Assembly (NCBI GenBank): GCA_038534015.1
Contig: JBCAXQ010000001.1
Coordinates: forward strand, 30,572 to 94,571
Direction of reading: 5' to 3'
Origin: Pseudomonadota bacterium
GTDB lineage: Bacteria > Pseudomonadota > Alphaproteobacteria > Sphingomonadales > Sphingomonadaceae
DNA length: 64,000 bases
A program made the translations under genes and the position numbers. The stretch's first letter is position 1, and each line of letters starts with the position of its first letter. The notes under the pieces are model-generated. The model saw only the letters and a program-made list of their open reading frames with translations. It was not told the DNA's origin and made no database searches. This document shows, in pieces, positions 50,204 through 60,445 of this stretch.

Positions 50204-53200
50204 TCAAAACACTATCAGAAGTTTTTTGGCCCCAGATCGTGGCATCAAAGGCATTCTAAACGGACCTTCGTACTGACGGCGTCGCACCTTTAGGTCGCTC
50301 ACAATCACAACTGGGTCCTGTATCTCGGGTAAGCCGTTCTCGGACAGGACAAATAACGCTCTGTTAAGCTCGGGACCATACAGAAATGCAGCCTTGATCT
50401 GCGGTCTGAGATCGCCCGATGCCACGCACACTTCCATCGGAGCGATGTTGATCGAACGATCTGCAAATCTCGAACTGTCAATCTCGTCTTCGAAGGGTAC
50501 GTCATCCCAATGCTCCACGACCTGGAACGGTCCTTCAGGTCCACGAACGTATGAGCAGACGAACCGTAAGTAGCGACGCTGTGCTTCCTCGGTTGAAAGA
50601 TCGAGACGAGCAGCATTGAATGGATGGAGCCGGTCAAAGGTACCATCCAGCAGGACCGCGCCGCTCGCGCTAACTAGCGCGCTGACCACACAAGCACCCT
50701 CGGAATCTTCAGTCTCAAGCTGCGCGTCGATCAGTTCTAGTCCAGGATAGAATGTGAGAGTTGTACTGCGCAGTGCTGTGACCAACTTGCCCTCGAAGCG
50801 CTCCGCAACCCCTCCTATCGCGGCAGCATGAACTAAGATCTGGGCAAATTCATCGGCTTCCTCCAGACTGACGTCGCGCCAGTTGGCAGCCATGAGCGGG
50901 GGATCCAGCCAAGAACCATCCAGCTTCACCCGCAACTCCACAAAGTGGTCCGGACGAAATGGGGCGGCGATTTCGATTGCAACGCAGAGCGCGATCAATT
51001 GATGGCGCGAACGTTCGTTGCCGGCCACCGCCCCCTTGCGATACCACTCCAACGCCGTCTCGAGGTTCTGCTCCACGCCTTTCCCGTGCTCATAACAAAG
51101 ACCGAGATTATCCATGGCAACGCCGTTCCCGACTGCCGCGCCCTTGCCATACCATTCGAGCGCGGCGTTGAGGTTCTGCTCGACACCGGCGCCCAATCGA
51201 TAACAATCACCTAGGTTTGCCATTGCGTGGCCGTCCCCAGCTGACGCCCCCTTTCGGTACCACTCAAGTGCCGTCGTAAGGTCCTGCTCGACACCAATCC
51301 CTAGTGCGTAGTGGACACCCAGATTCGCCATGGCGTGGCCATCCCCAGCCAAAACAGCCTTGCGGCACCACTTGAGCGCCGTTTCGACGTTCCGTTCGAC
51401 ACCGATCCCCTTCTCATAGCAGACCCCAAGATTTCCCATTGCACTTCCATCATCCGCCGCTGCACCCTTACGATACCATGCCAGTGCTGTATCGAGGTTT
51501 TGCTCGACACCGGTGCCCAGTCGGTAGCAGTTACCGAGATTCGCCATGGCGTGACCATCCGCAGCCGCCGCACCCCTCCGGTACCAAGCCAGCGCTGTAT
51601 CGAGGTTCTGCTCGACGCCGGCGCCCAGTCGATAGCTGGTGCCAAGACTGGCCATGGCGTGGCCACTCCCTGCCGCTGCGCCCCTTCGGTACCATGCTAC
51701 CGCTGTCTCATGGTTTTCCTGGACACCGACGCCCTGAGCATAGCAATCACCGAGATTTACCATGGCTCGGCCATCCCCAGTGGCCGCGCCCTTGCGGCAC
51801 CATGACAGCGCCGCCTCGAAGTCTTGCTCGACGCCGATGCCCTTCTTATAGCAGACGCCGAGAGCAGCCATGGCTTGACCATCCCCAGCCGCCGCACCCT
51901 TTCGGTACCAAGCAAGTGCCGTCTGGAGGTTTTGCTCCACACCGGTTCCTTGTTGAAAGCAGTTGCCAAGACTCATCATGGCGCGGCCATTCCCGGCCGC
52001 TGCGCCTCTTCGGAAACATGCTAGCGCCGTCTCGAGGTTTTGCTCGACGCCGTTGCCCTTCAAATAGCAGGTACCGAGGTTGAACATGGCAATGGTACTC
52101 CCTGAGTTCGCCGCACGGTCGAGCATGGCTATAACTCCAACGGGAGGCGCTTTACCGGCGCGATGGAAATGGAACAATTGCGTTGGTGAAGAGGCTGCAT
52201 AGGCGTTCAGGGCCGCCTGTTCGCTTTCCTTCGGTAGCCGGTCGAGTAGCACGGTGGTCGCCGCCCGATCTGGGAAGTCCCGCGTCGCCCGCTCTAAGAA
52301 CTCCGCGGTCTTCTCCGGAGCCAGCTGCCAGCTAAGGTCAATCAAGTATTCAAAACCCCGCTGGCGTTCCACGGACCTTAGCACGAACCACTCACCGAGG
52401 AGATCGGGCTGCAGCCCGACAATCCCCGGTTCTGGGTCATCCTGTAGCGGGTTGTCCGCGATCAGAATGGCTTGGCGCAGGATATCCCGGTTGTGCGGCG
52501 TCCATCCCAAATCACCGGGGAGGCGATTGCAGTCGAGTTCCCCAATGATCGTTGCAAGGATGGCGAGTTGCATCGCCGGGTTCCGGCCAGGATAGTTTGG
52601 CAGGTCGGGCGCTTCCGACCCGATTCCAGGGACCGTTTCGCGGAACACAGCGGTCCATCTACGCGCCCTGTCGGTCTGCAGCACCCAATCGAGCAGAGCT
52701 TCGGCATCGGCGGCTGCATCAAGCGCACCACCGGCCAGTGCTTTGGCAAGAAAGTACGCGTAAAGCGGTCGCCCCTGACTATCGAGATTGGCAAGCATAC
52801 GCTGGATCGCCTCATCGCTCTCGACGATCTCCGTCTTCTGATCGGCGGCGATCTCCCGGACGATCTCGACCAGACGCTCTGGCGCGAGGGCCTCGAGTTC
52901 AATGAGCGCATCAAACGGTGAGTCTTTCCCGTCGTGGTACCGCAGCTCGTCGAGAGCCGCGTCTTGACCGACGGGGCTGGCGCAGATCCTGATGAACCAG
53001 TCCGCGCGGTTCGAACCAAAATCCCCGTAGCCGCCGACGTTCCAGGGCTGACGTTCGACCAGCAGCAGACACACCGGTACATCGAATTCCCCATGCCGCG
53101 ACTTCAGCGCCTCGATCGCCTGCTTAAGCGGTCCGGTCCGAGTGAGCACATAGTCGATAACGATCAGATAGGGCCGGGTCGGGGTCCACTCGGCACAGGC

Positions 53201-53992
53201 TCGGGCAAAGTCCTCCGCCGCGCTGTCTCCCGACAGGAACCCGGCCTGCCATTCTGGCAAGTGCTCCAAGGTTTCCTGGATCAAATCGAGAGCCAGACGA
53301 CTCTTGCCCTGACCTGCCACGCCCGCGATCTGCCACCAGCGAAAGCCGGGGCCAGCATCCCGGAAACGCCGCAACGCGTCCTGTTCGGCCCGCCGGCCGA
53401 TGATCGAGATCGCTCCAGAAGTGTAATGATAAATCTGGCTCGATCTGGCCGGGAGCTCCAAATTGAACGGGTGTTCCTCGTCTATCCAGAGCCGCTCGAA
53501 CCCGCGCCGCACCTCCCGCATATCGGCTGAGAACCGCGCAGCTATAGCGTCCCGGCTTCTGTCGTCGTCATCGCCGCCCTTCGCATAGATAAACCTCTTG
53601 AAGAGATCGGTGCCCTTTGGCCAGACATGCCGTGCGATCTCTCGAAAATAGGATGGCTCCGGCACTTCGGTAAAGAACCAATAGAAGACCGCATGCGCTA
53701 GACGTCGGTCGCCGCGCCGCCCCACATCTTGGTGCGACCAGTCTCGGACTTTCGTGGAGTAGTACTTGGCAGGGTCTTTGCGTTGATCGTCTTTTTCTTG
53801 GGGAAAGTTAATCGGCTTCTTCGTGTATCCGATCGCCGTCTTTGCGGCCCACAGAACGTCTCCCTGAGGCCCTCTGGTCGAACTCCGACGTGAACTCGCA
53901 ACGTTTTGGGAGTACCGTGTAACCTGTACTTTAAGAACAGGCCGCACGTCGGTATCGTCTGGAATGTATGTCTCGAAATCGTCGAACTTCAC
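50204..53992 (-). CDS. P-loop NTPase (STAND-like) protein with ten Sel1-like repeats
   Basis: GVAGQGKS Walker A, LIVIDY Walker B, GRPL and QPDLLGEWF; ten 36-aa AM.NLG.CY..G.GVEQ repeats. Confidence 0.85.
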   Translation of the reverse strand: MKFDDFETYIPDDTDVRPVLKVQVTRYSQNVASSRRSSTRGPQGDVLWAAKTAIGYTKKPINFPQEKDDQRKDPAKYYSTKVRDWSHQDVGRRGDRRLAHAVFYWFFTEVPEPSYFREIARHVWPKGTDLFKRFIYAKGGDDDDRSRDAIAARFSADMREVRRGFERLWIDEEHPFNLELPARSSQIYHYTSGAISIIGRRAEQDALRRFRDAGPGFRWWQIAGVAGQGKSRLALDLIQETLEHLPEWQAGFLSGDSAAEDFARACAEWTPTRPYLIVIDYVLTRTGPLKQAIEALKSRHGEFDVPVCLLLVERQPWNVGGYGDFGSNRADWFIRICASPVGQDAALDELRYHDGKDSPFDALIELEALAPERLVEIVREIAADQKTEIVESDEAIQRMLANLDSQGRPLYAYFLAKALAGGALDAAADAEALLDWVLQTDRARRWTAVFRETVPGIGSEAPDLPNYPGRNPAMQLAILATIIGELDCNRLPGDLGWTPHNRDILRQAILIADNPLQDDPEPGIVGLQPDLLGEWFVLRSVERQRGFEYLIDLSWQLAPEKTAEFLERATRDFPDRAATTVLLDRLPKESEQAALNAYAASSPTQLFHFHRAGKAPPVGVIAMLDRAANSGSTIAMFNLGTCYLKGNGVEQNLETALACFRRGAAAGNGRAMMSLGNCFQQGTGVEQNLQTALAWYRKGAAAGDGQAMAALGVCYKKGIGVEQDFEAALSWCRKGAATGDGRAMVNLGDCYAQGVGVQENHETAVAWYRRGAAAGSGHAMASLGTSYRLGAGVEQNLDTALAWYRRGAAAADGHAMANLGNCYRLGTGVEQNLDTALAWYRKGAAADDGSAMGNLGVCYEKGIGVERNVETALKWCRKAVLAGDGHAMANLGVHYALGIGVEQDLTTALEWYRKGASAGDGHAMANLGDCYRLGAGVEQNLNAALEWYGKGAAVGNGVAMDNLGLCYEHGKGVEQNLETALEWYRKGAVAGNERSRHQLIALCVAIEIAAPFRPDHFVELRVKLDGSWLDPPLMAANWRDVSLEEADEFAQILVHAAAIGGVAERFEGKLVTALRSTTLTFYPGLELIDAQLETEDSEGACVVSALVSASGAVLLDGTFDRLHPFNAARLDLSTEEAQRRYLRFVCSYVRGPEGPFQVVEHWDDVPFEDEIDSSRFADRSINIAPMEVCVASGDLRPQIKAAFLYGPELNRALFVLSENGLPEIQDPVVIVSDLKVRRRQYEGPFRMPLMPRSGAKKLLIVF

Positions 53993-54061
53993 CGCGTAAA
54001 TCCAACTTTGATCGAACTGCCCTAAGAGGTTAACAAAGCGAAGTCGCTTTGCAACTGGGAC

Positions 54062-54571
54062 TCACTCCGGTGTCGGGTCGGGATTAGGCAAGTTGGCGCG
54101 TTTGCGTCCGTTCACGTAGAATGCCGCCCCGGACTCTTCTCCCGAAACACGATTGAATGTAAGGAGCGCTGGGCCATCAGTTCGGTGACGTTTCGGACGG
54201 TCCCATTCAGGACGATCGTCCCAATACTCGGCTTGATAGACGATACTGGTGTCTGGATCGACCCACTCGATGTGCGGGAGGCCATCGGGACGTGCAGGCA
54301 TGCCATTGATGAAGAATGAGCGGTGTATGCAAGCACCGCTTTGCGGATCAAACTCAAGCTGTGCTGGCTCACCGTTCGGACGATGATAGTGCCCATCGAT
54401 GGCATATCTGATTGATGTGGTGTGCCCCGAACTTTGGTCTCTGGCCACAAGAGCTGGGCCGTCGGGGTTATGCAACTCGCCCTTGGTGTTCTCCCAGCGC
54501 TCCAGAGTTACAATTCCGCTGATCGGACATCTGTACTTCTTCACCCGGTAATGTTCGTGGTCGACGCTCAT
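54062..54571 (-). CDS. Hypothetical protein with HRxDGPA-type repeats
   Basis: LHNPDGPA, YHRPNGEPA, ARPDGLP and RHRTDGPA. Confidence 0.75.
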   Translation of the reverse strand: MSVDHEHYRVKKYRCPISGIVTLERWENTKGELHNPDGPALVARDQSSGHTTSIRYAIDGHYHRPNGEPAQLEFDPQSGACIHRSFFINGMPARPDGLPHIEWVDPDTSIVYQAEYWDDRPEWDRPKRHRTDGPALLTFNRVSGEESGAAFYVNGRKRANLPNPDPTPE

Positions 54572-54776
54572 AATATTCTACTAAGTTTCGATGTAAAATA
54601 AGCTGCGCGAAGTATCTTGTCAAGAATTATCGTTATATCGTATTGCCTTAGCGGATTTCCCGTCCTGACTCCGTCACAACTCCGAAAGCTTCCGGACTAG
54701 CCCTAGGCCTAGACGGCACCGGCGATTCGCATCCTGCGGATTAGGCCGAACGACCCGTCCGAGAGTGGAGGTTTAT

Positions 54777-55325
54777 ATGTCCGACAATGAAGATTTTGAG
54801 TTCTGCGCCTTATGTGAGCGCCGGGTCTGGAACCCCTGCCAGCCGGATCCCGACGGCGCGCCAAACACGGCTCCACCAGCGTTCATGCCTGCATTCGACA
54901 TCACCCAGCCGATCATCGCTTTGAGCAGGGAGGCGCTACTCACGCGCGCCGTCGAATGCGCCGTCGGACGGTTCATTGGCAGGCTTCGGCTTTCGCGGGC
55001 CGAGGTACGTGGATATGTGCACTACCGGCTCGAACAGGGGGTCGGGAACGGGGTGCGCTACCAATGGCACACGCGCGAGCCGATCGAGATGACCCCAGAG
55101 TTCATCGAGGAGAGCTTCGATGGGCGACCTGAGCAACACTTGCCTGCCGATGTTCCAGATTGGCGGGATGAGAAGCAGGCGTATGACCGGGCCATCTCAG
55201 ATATGGTGGGCCGCGCGGTGAGCGGTCGGATCAAGAAGAAGCCCGATCACCGCTGGTGGTTGCGGTTCCTGCTGTTCGATCTTGCCCGTCGGACGCCGAT
55301 CTTTGATGTGCTGGTCGACGACTAA
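54777..55325 (+). CDS. Hypothetical protein
   Basis: GGAGG RBS, N-terminal CALC motif, followed by a terminator. Confidence 0.65.
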   Translation: MSDNEDFEFCALCERRVWNPCQPDPDGAPNTAPPAFMPAFDITQPIIALSREALLTRAVECAVGRFIGRLRLSRAEVRGYVHYRLEQGVGNGVRYQWHTREPIEMTPEFIEESFDGRPEQHLPADVPDWRDEKQAYDRAISDMVGRAVSGRIKKKPDHRWWLRFLLFDLARRTPIFDVLVDD

Positions 55326-55346
55326 GGGACAAACAAGTCGAATATG

Positions 55347-55384
55347 CTCCCCGCCTGGATGGATCTGGGCGGGGAGTTTTCTTT
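55347..55384 (+). terminator. Rho-independent terminator
   Basis: CTCCCCGCC...GGCGGGGAG stem followed by TTTTCTTT. Confidence 0.75.
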
Positions 55385-55422
55385 GTAGCCGGAGATCTGG
55401 ACGCTGAGAGATGATGCAAGGC

Positions 55423-55989
55423 TCAGAGGTCTCTGCTCGTCTCCCGCCTCTTGATCGCCCTACTCAGAGACCAGGGGGCCATGTCGAAGGCTTCTGCAAC
55501 CCTGTAGATCGGCGCCCCGGCCCGGATCTGGTTCAGGGCGTCATCGATCTCCTCAAGGGAGAGCTTCGGCGGCCGGCCGATACGTGCACCCCGAGCCTGG
55601 GCAGCAGCGATGCCTTCCTTGGTCCGCTGCGAGAGGATCCGGCGCTCGAACTCGGCAAAGGCCGACAGAACCGTGTAGATCAGCATTCCGCCCGGCGTGT
55701 CAGTGTCGATCTGGAGATTTACAATCTCAAGATTGATGCCCCGATCTTTCAGTTTCTCGACCTCGAGAAGCGCGTCGATCACCGACCTGTAAGCTCGATC
55801 AAGATCCCAAACGACGAACCCGTCGCCAGGCCGCAGTTGCTCAATCACATGATCATAGACAGGCCGCTTCAGCGTCCCGGCTGAGGCATACTCGATGAAG
55901 AGCTCATCACAGATGTCCTTGAGCCCATCGATCTGCCGATCGGGGCGTTGTTCCTGTGTCGAGACGCGTAGGTAGCCGAGCTTCTTCAT
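55423..55989 (-). CDS. Small serine resolvase/invertase
   Basis: GYLRVST.EQ, RP, LDRAYRS and AEFER....RT.EG motifs; C-terminal GRPP-HTH. Confidence 0.93.
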   Translation of the reverse strand: MKKLGYLRVSTQEQRPDRQIDGLKDICDELFIEYASAGTLKRPVYDHVIEQLRPGDGFVVWDLDRAYRSVIDALLEVEKLKDRGINLEIVNLQIDTDTPGGMLIYTVLSAFAEFERRILSQRTKEGIAAAQARGARIGRPPKLSLEEIDDALNQIRAGAPIYRVAEAFDMAPWSLSRAIKRRETSRDL

Positions 55990-56177
55990 TGGTATCGCGT
56001 TGCCAGCTGCAGACGCCTGTATGCGCCTTCAACCAAAAGGACCCTTTTCGTGTGTTGGCCTGGACTCCGAGTACGTGCCTCAACCAACGGGCATGGATCT
56101 CAGCATTTCCAGGTGATGTAACCATTGTAGCAGATCACAACCTGCGATACAAATTTGTTCAACAAAACCCGTCACTT

Positions 56178-56525
56178 ATGTCGAATAGGCAGACTATTGT
56201 CGGGATTGGAAAAGCCGGGGTCATGGCCCTCGGAATGGCGCTTGCGGGCGGCGCGACGGCACGCGACCTCTCGGCTGGCTTTGTCGTGCAAGAGATGGAT
56301 CCCGCGCTTCGGTATCCGTTCATTTCCGGCATCGTAGAGGGAATTGCGTACGCGCGCTTCGTTGCTGAGGGCCGCAGCGAGACCCCAGGCATGGCCTGCA
56401 TCTACCAATGGTTCTACGAAGAAGAAGGCACAGCCGCGACGATCTATGCCGCGTTCGAGCGCTTTCCTGACTATCTACCTGGCGCCGTCATTGGCGCTCT
56501 GGTCGAGAGGAGGTGCGGCGCATGA
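56178..56525 (+). CDS. Small secreted helical protein (two Cys)
   Basis: Signal peptide; FISGIVEG...CI...RC; stop overlaps the next start. Confidence 0.6.
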   Translation: MSNRQTIVGIGKAGVMALGMALAGGATARDLSAGFVVQEMDPALRYPFISGIVEGIAYARFVAEGRSETPGMACIYQWFYEEEGTAATIYAAFERFPDYLPGAVIGALVERRCGA

Positions 56526-57274
56526 CCATCGTGCCTGATTTTGTCATCGCCGCACGGATTGATGCGCACCATCGCGCGCAGCAGTTGGAGTTTGAGGCTG
56601 CAAAGCGCGTCGAAGAACGCGTCAGCAAGGCAAAGGATGCCGACGCTGAAGCAGCCGAAGAGATCGGGAACTTGCTCACGCTGACGCTTGTGCGTGGCAT
56701 CACGCCCTTGGAGCGGTTGCGTCTGGAGACGCGTCTTGCCGATCATCAGAGTGCAGTGATCCGCGCCCTCCAAGAGAACCAGGACAAACTGGACGCCTCC
56801 GAGCTCGCCTTGGATGCCCTGCGCGAGCAGGCTTATGTGCACAAAGATGGCCGCCGTATCTTCAAATCCCAGGACGGCGAATGGGTGATCGACGAGACGG
56901 GCCTACGCCTGTCGCCGTTGGAGATCGACCCCGACCAGATTGAAGATTTTCGCCCGAGCGCAGAGACGTGGCTGGACGCGCTCGACGCACATCGCGACCT
57001 GCAAGAGGAGCGAGATGCCCTCATCGAGTACCAGACCGATCTCGACGAGGCCGAGGTCCTGATGCGACGCGGTGGTCTGACAGAAGCAGAGGCTTCCGAA
57101 CTCGACGATCTGCTGCAAGGCGCCCCAACCGCAGTGCGGCGCCATTTGCCAAAGTCAGATCCAGCGGCAGTATCGGAAGCCACGAATGAGGATGGGGGGC
57201 CGTCTTTCCCAGCCACGTTCAACGCGCCGGAGATTCCGGATGCAACCTTTGGTGCCAAGACCGGGCTCAACTGA
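56522..57274 (+). CDS. Hypothetical acidic coiled-coil protein
   Basis: Long ORF with ATGA coupling; AYVHKDGRRIFKSQDG. Confidence 0.7.
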   Translation: MTIVPDFVIAARIDAHHRAQQLEFEAAKRVEERVSKAKDADAEAAEEIGNLLTLTLVRGITPLERLRLETRLADHQSAVIRALQENQDKLDASELALDALREQAYVHKDGRRIFKSQDGEWVIDETGLRLSPLEIDPDQIEDFRPSAETWLDALDAHRDLQEERDALIEYQTDLDEAEVLMRRGGLTEAEASELDDLLQGAPTAVRRHLPKSDPAAVSEATNEDGGPSFPATFNAPEIPDATFGAKTGLN

Positions 57275-57394
57275 GCGAGCATACGTGGCGAGCCCGAACC
57301 CTCTGACGGCGCGCAAGCGCGCAAACCGCCCAAACCCCGCCCACCTCTCCAAGCCGCGCATCGGACCCTGACCTTCTCAACACAGGAGGTCAGC

Positions 57395-58582
57395 ATGCAG
57401 CATTCCCCTTTTCCGCACCCGCCAGCAGGACCCGATAGGCCCTGGGCGTTCAGGAAGCGGGTCACAAACATCGTGATCCTCGTCCTTGCGGTCATCTCAG
57501 GCGTCTGGACGTTCGAAGGCGCCTATCTCAGTAACTTGCGGGTCGGCGGGCAGACTTTTGCGACAGTCGTCTCCGCAGGCTTGCTCTCTATCGGTGTCAC
57601 CGCAGCCATCATGACGGCGTGGTGGATCATGATCGCCGTGATCCCGACCCTCCGCACCACAGGCCGCATTGCCGCCGGGCTATGCCTGATCCTTAGCCTG
57701 CAGGTCTGGATGCTCGGCGTCTCGTCGCTGAACAACATGGTCGCGCAAACCGCGCCTGCAGCCCTGACCACACATATGGAACAGGTGGCCAAGGAGTACG
57801 CCGATGCTGTGGACGGCGCCGTCGCCTCCGCGCTCGCGATCAAACCTTTTCTCGGGACAATCCGCGGGGAGGCCGAGAGCCGGTGCGCCCAGATGCAGGC
57901 AGAGATCGAGCGTGGAGCCCTAACGGGATCCAAAGGCCGTGGTGGTGTCTCGGGGATGCTGGAGCTCCTCTGCGTCCAGTCCACTGCTGTGGCGGACACG
58001 CTAACCACTGCCATTGCGAACGCGGAGCAACGCGCTGCCGAGGCGGACCGGCTTCTCCAACAGCTGGATCGAGACATCCAAGACCATGGCCAGACGATCT
58101 TCGAGCGCGAGACCGCGTTTCTGGAGGGGCTGGGCCAGCTTGATGCCTGGCTCCGCCGGGCAGATGCCGATGATCTCACCCGGGCCCTGAGCGTGGCCCA
58201 TGAGGCCATGGCCGCGAGCCTGGCGCCGCCGTCGCTCTCGGGTGGCGCCTTCGGGTCGAAGCAACGGGCGCTGATCGAGAACCTGCGCTTGTCCGTCGAT
58301 GCGACGGGGCAGGTCTATCGGGACATGATCGCCCAACTGCAGGCAGGGCCTCCACCCATCGTTCAGGACCGCGCGCGGATTTCCCTGATCGCCGCGATCT
58401 GGCGGAGCCGCGTCGACCACCTGCCCCAGATCGCGGCGGCGATCGGCATCGATCTCTTCCAGCTCTTCGTTGTGCTCGCCTTCCTGCTCGCGGAGGGCGG
58501 ACGCCGCCCAGAAGACGCCCGCAGGGCCCAGCTGGCTCTGCCAGCACGGCATCCGCGGCCCAACCCGCACAGGAAAGGATGA
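57395..58582 (+). CDS. Membrane protein with a coiled-coil extramembrane domain
   Basis: AGGAGG RBS; three N-terminal and one C-terminal transmembrane segments. Confidence 0.75.
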   Translation: MQHSPFPHPPAGPDRPWAFRKRVTNIVILVLAVISGVWTFEGAYLSNLRVGGQTFATVVSAGLLSIGVTAAIMTAWWIMIAVIPTLRTTGRIAAGLCLILSLQVWMLGVSSLNNMVAQTAPAALTTHMEQVAKEYADAVDGAVASALAIKPFLGTIRGEAESRCAQMQAEIERGALTGSKGRGGVSGMLELLCVQSTAVADTLTTAIANAEQRAAEADRLLQQLDRDIQDHGQTIFERETAFLEGLGQLDAWLRRADADDLTRALSVAHEAMAASLAPPSLSGGAFGSKQRALIENLRLSVDATGQVYRDMIAQLQAGPPPIVQDRARISLIAAIWRSRVDHLPQIAAAIGIDLFQLFVVLAFLLAEGGRRPEDARRAQLALPARHPRPNPHRKG

Positions 58583-58583
58583 G

Positions 58584-59090
58584 ATGATGGTGGACCGACT
58601 TTTGACCTTTGCCATGAGCCTTGGTGTTCTTCTGGTCGTCATGGCGCTTGGGGGCCTGCTAGTTGCCAGCCGCGCCGTTGTCGAGGACATGCCGTTCGCC
58701 GCAGAGATCCGCTGCGCCGTGGGCCTCGACGCCCCCTGCCTCCAGCGTGAGATCGCCGCCCTGGAGGCAGATCTTGAGGTTCTGGAGGCTCAGCGCCAAG
58801 CGTTTCAGGGGGGTGCAGCGGTGCGTACCGAGACCGGCGATCTGGGCGGGTTCTATGCGAGCGTCGCCGCGATCTATGACAACCCCGCCACCCGGACCGG
58901 CCTCAGGGCCGCGATCTGTGAAGCCGCACGTGATATCGGCGGGCGGGACCCGACCATGCTTCTCGGGCGGTTCGTCAACGGTCAGATCGAAGCGGAGCCC
59001 TTCGATCGCGATCTCGGCAACCAGCTCGGCATCACTGCTGCCGATGCAGCCCGGGGTCTCGCGGCCTGCCCCTGGCCAACGCCCAACTGA
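58584..59090 (+). CDS. Hypothetical membrane-anchored protein
   Basis: N-terminal transmembrane segment, short coiled coil, four Cys. Confidence 0.65.
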   Translation: MMVDRLLTFAMSLGVLLVVMALGGLLVASRAVVEDMPFAAEIRCAVGLDAPCLQREIAALEADLEVLEAQRQAFQGGAAVRTETGDLGGFYASVAAIYDNPATRTGLRAAICEAARDIGGRDPTMLLGRFVNGQIEAEPFDRDLGNQLGITAADAARGLAACPWPTPN

Positions 59091-59269
59091 GCGTCACCAG
59101 ACCTAGGTGACTGCGGACGCCCGGCTCTGCGCCGGGCGTCCGTCATTCCGGGTCTCCGCCATCGGGGACGCAAACCGCCCGAACACCCCGCCCACCCGCC
59201 TTTCCAGCCTGAGCTAGCGAGCGGGTCGGTGCTCTGCACCGACCGTGAGACCTCAACCTGGAGAATGAC

Positions 59270-59806
59270 ATGTTCGACAAATCCAGCCTGCCGGTCCCAG
59301 CGACCCTGCTGGGGGCATTGATCCTCTACTTCGCCGCAAGTGCGATCGCCGGTCAGGTGATTGCCACACGCACCATCGACAAATCCGCCTGGCACGTCAC
59401 CTGCGCAGACGGGATCAAAGCGGCAGCCCGTCCCCCAAGCGTGCCGAAGACCATCACGCCGCAACGCCGATGTACCTCAACCATTGGGATCTTCCATCGT
59501 GATCTCGCCCGGCTCTGTCTGAAGTTCGGTGATCCAGATTTCAACGAACAGGCGCGTCGTCTTGAGCGGGAAGCCCGCGCCCGCAAAAAGGCGCTGGCCG
59601 ATCAGCGGGTTGCCCGGGCGGCTGCCTCGGCAGGAACGCGCTGCCGCTGTGCGGCCAATGTCTACAAGGCCGAACAGATGATCCCGCTCGCGATCTATGC
59701 GGGCAGTGCGCGGCAGATCTCCCTGCCGCCGGTCGAGGATCTGGAGGACGGCTTGCGTCAGGCGCTGGCCACCCCGCGCTGCCAGGCTCTGGGGGACCTG
59801 TCATGA
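59270..59806 (+). CDS. Hypothetical Cys-rich exported protein
   Basis: GGAG RBS, signal/TM segment, six Cys. Confidence 0.7.
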   Translation: MFDKSSLPVPATLLGALILYFAASAIAGQVIATRTIDKSAWHVTCADGIKAAARPPSVPKTITPQRRCTSTIGIFHRDLARLCLKFGDPDFNEQARRLEREARARKKALADQRVARAAASAGTRCRCAANVYKAEQMIPLAIYAGSARQISLPPVEDLEDGLRQALATPRCQALGDLS

Positions 59807-60168
59807 TCATCGGAACCCTCGACCTGACAGATCGGGCGGTCGTCACCCACCGTGACAGCTACATACTTGGGCACATCACGGTCGCCTCGGCCCGGCGCCC
59901 GTTTCTGGTCCCGGGCCTGATGTTCGCTTCCGGGCTCTGTGGCTTCGCCATCGCCTTCGCGGACCTGCTCTACGACCACGAGATGATCGTGATCGGGGTG
60001 GCGGCGCTACTCTGCCTGATCGTCGGCAAAACGCTCGGTCAGCTGCAGCTCCTCAGCCGTGATCTGCGCGGCAGCGAGCTCTCCGGCGCGGTCTATGGCT
60101 CCTACCGTGAGCTCAACCGGATCCGCCGCGAGATCGCGGATGCAGTCGAGGTGGCCCGCCGTGACTGA
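59803..60168 (+). CDS. Hypothetical two-TM membrane protein
   Basis: ATGA coupling; two hydrophobic helices. Confidence 0.7.
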   Translation: MIIGTLDLTDRAVVTHRDSYILGHITVASARRPFLVPGLMFASGLCGFAIAFADLLYDHEMIVIGVAALLCLIVGKTLGQLQLLSRDLRGSELSGAVYGSYRELNRIRREIADAVEVARRD

Positions 60169-60445
60169 TCAGGGGTTCATGAGCGCGGTCCGGCTGCTCG
60201 GCAATGGCCTCGGCGGGGCGGCAGCCCTCTTGCTGACACCAAAAGCGTATGGGGCCTCCTGGCCCCTTATCGCGTCTGATCTGCTCGCAGGCTACGGACC
60301 CTACTGGATCGAAGCGCTCTCGGTCCTCTGGATGGGTCTCCTGGCCGTGCTGATCTTCTCGGGCGTACGGACGGGGCTTCTGCTCCTCGTGGCCCTCTTC
60401 GGGTTGCTGCTCGCACTCGTAGTTTTGCCGAGACGGCGCGACTGA
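60161..60445 (+). CDS. Small hydrophobic membrane protein
   Basis: GTG start overlaps the upstream stop; its stop overlaps the coupling-protein ATG. Confidence 0.6.
   Translation: MTDQGFMSAVRLLGNGLGGAAALLLTPKAYGASWPLIASDLLAGYGPYWIEALSVLWMGLLAVLIFSGVRTGLLLLVALFGLLLALVVLPRRRD

Noticed and set aside
54730-54737. CATCCTGC, an exact RP4-type nic octamer
   Set aside because: No adjacent inverted repeat, and several such 8-mers are expected by chance in 64 kb.
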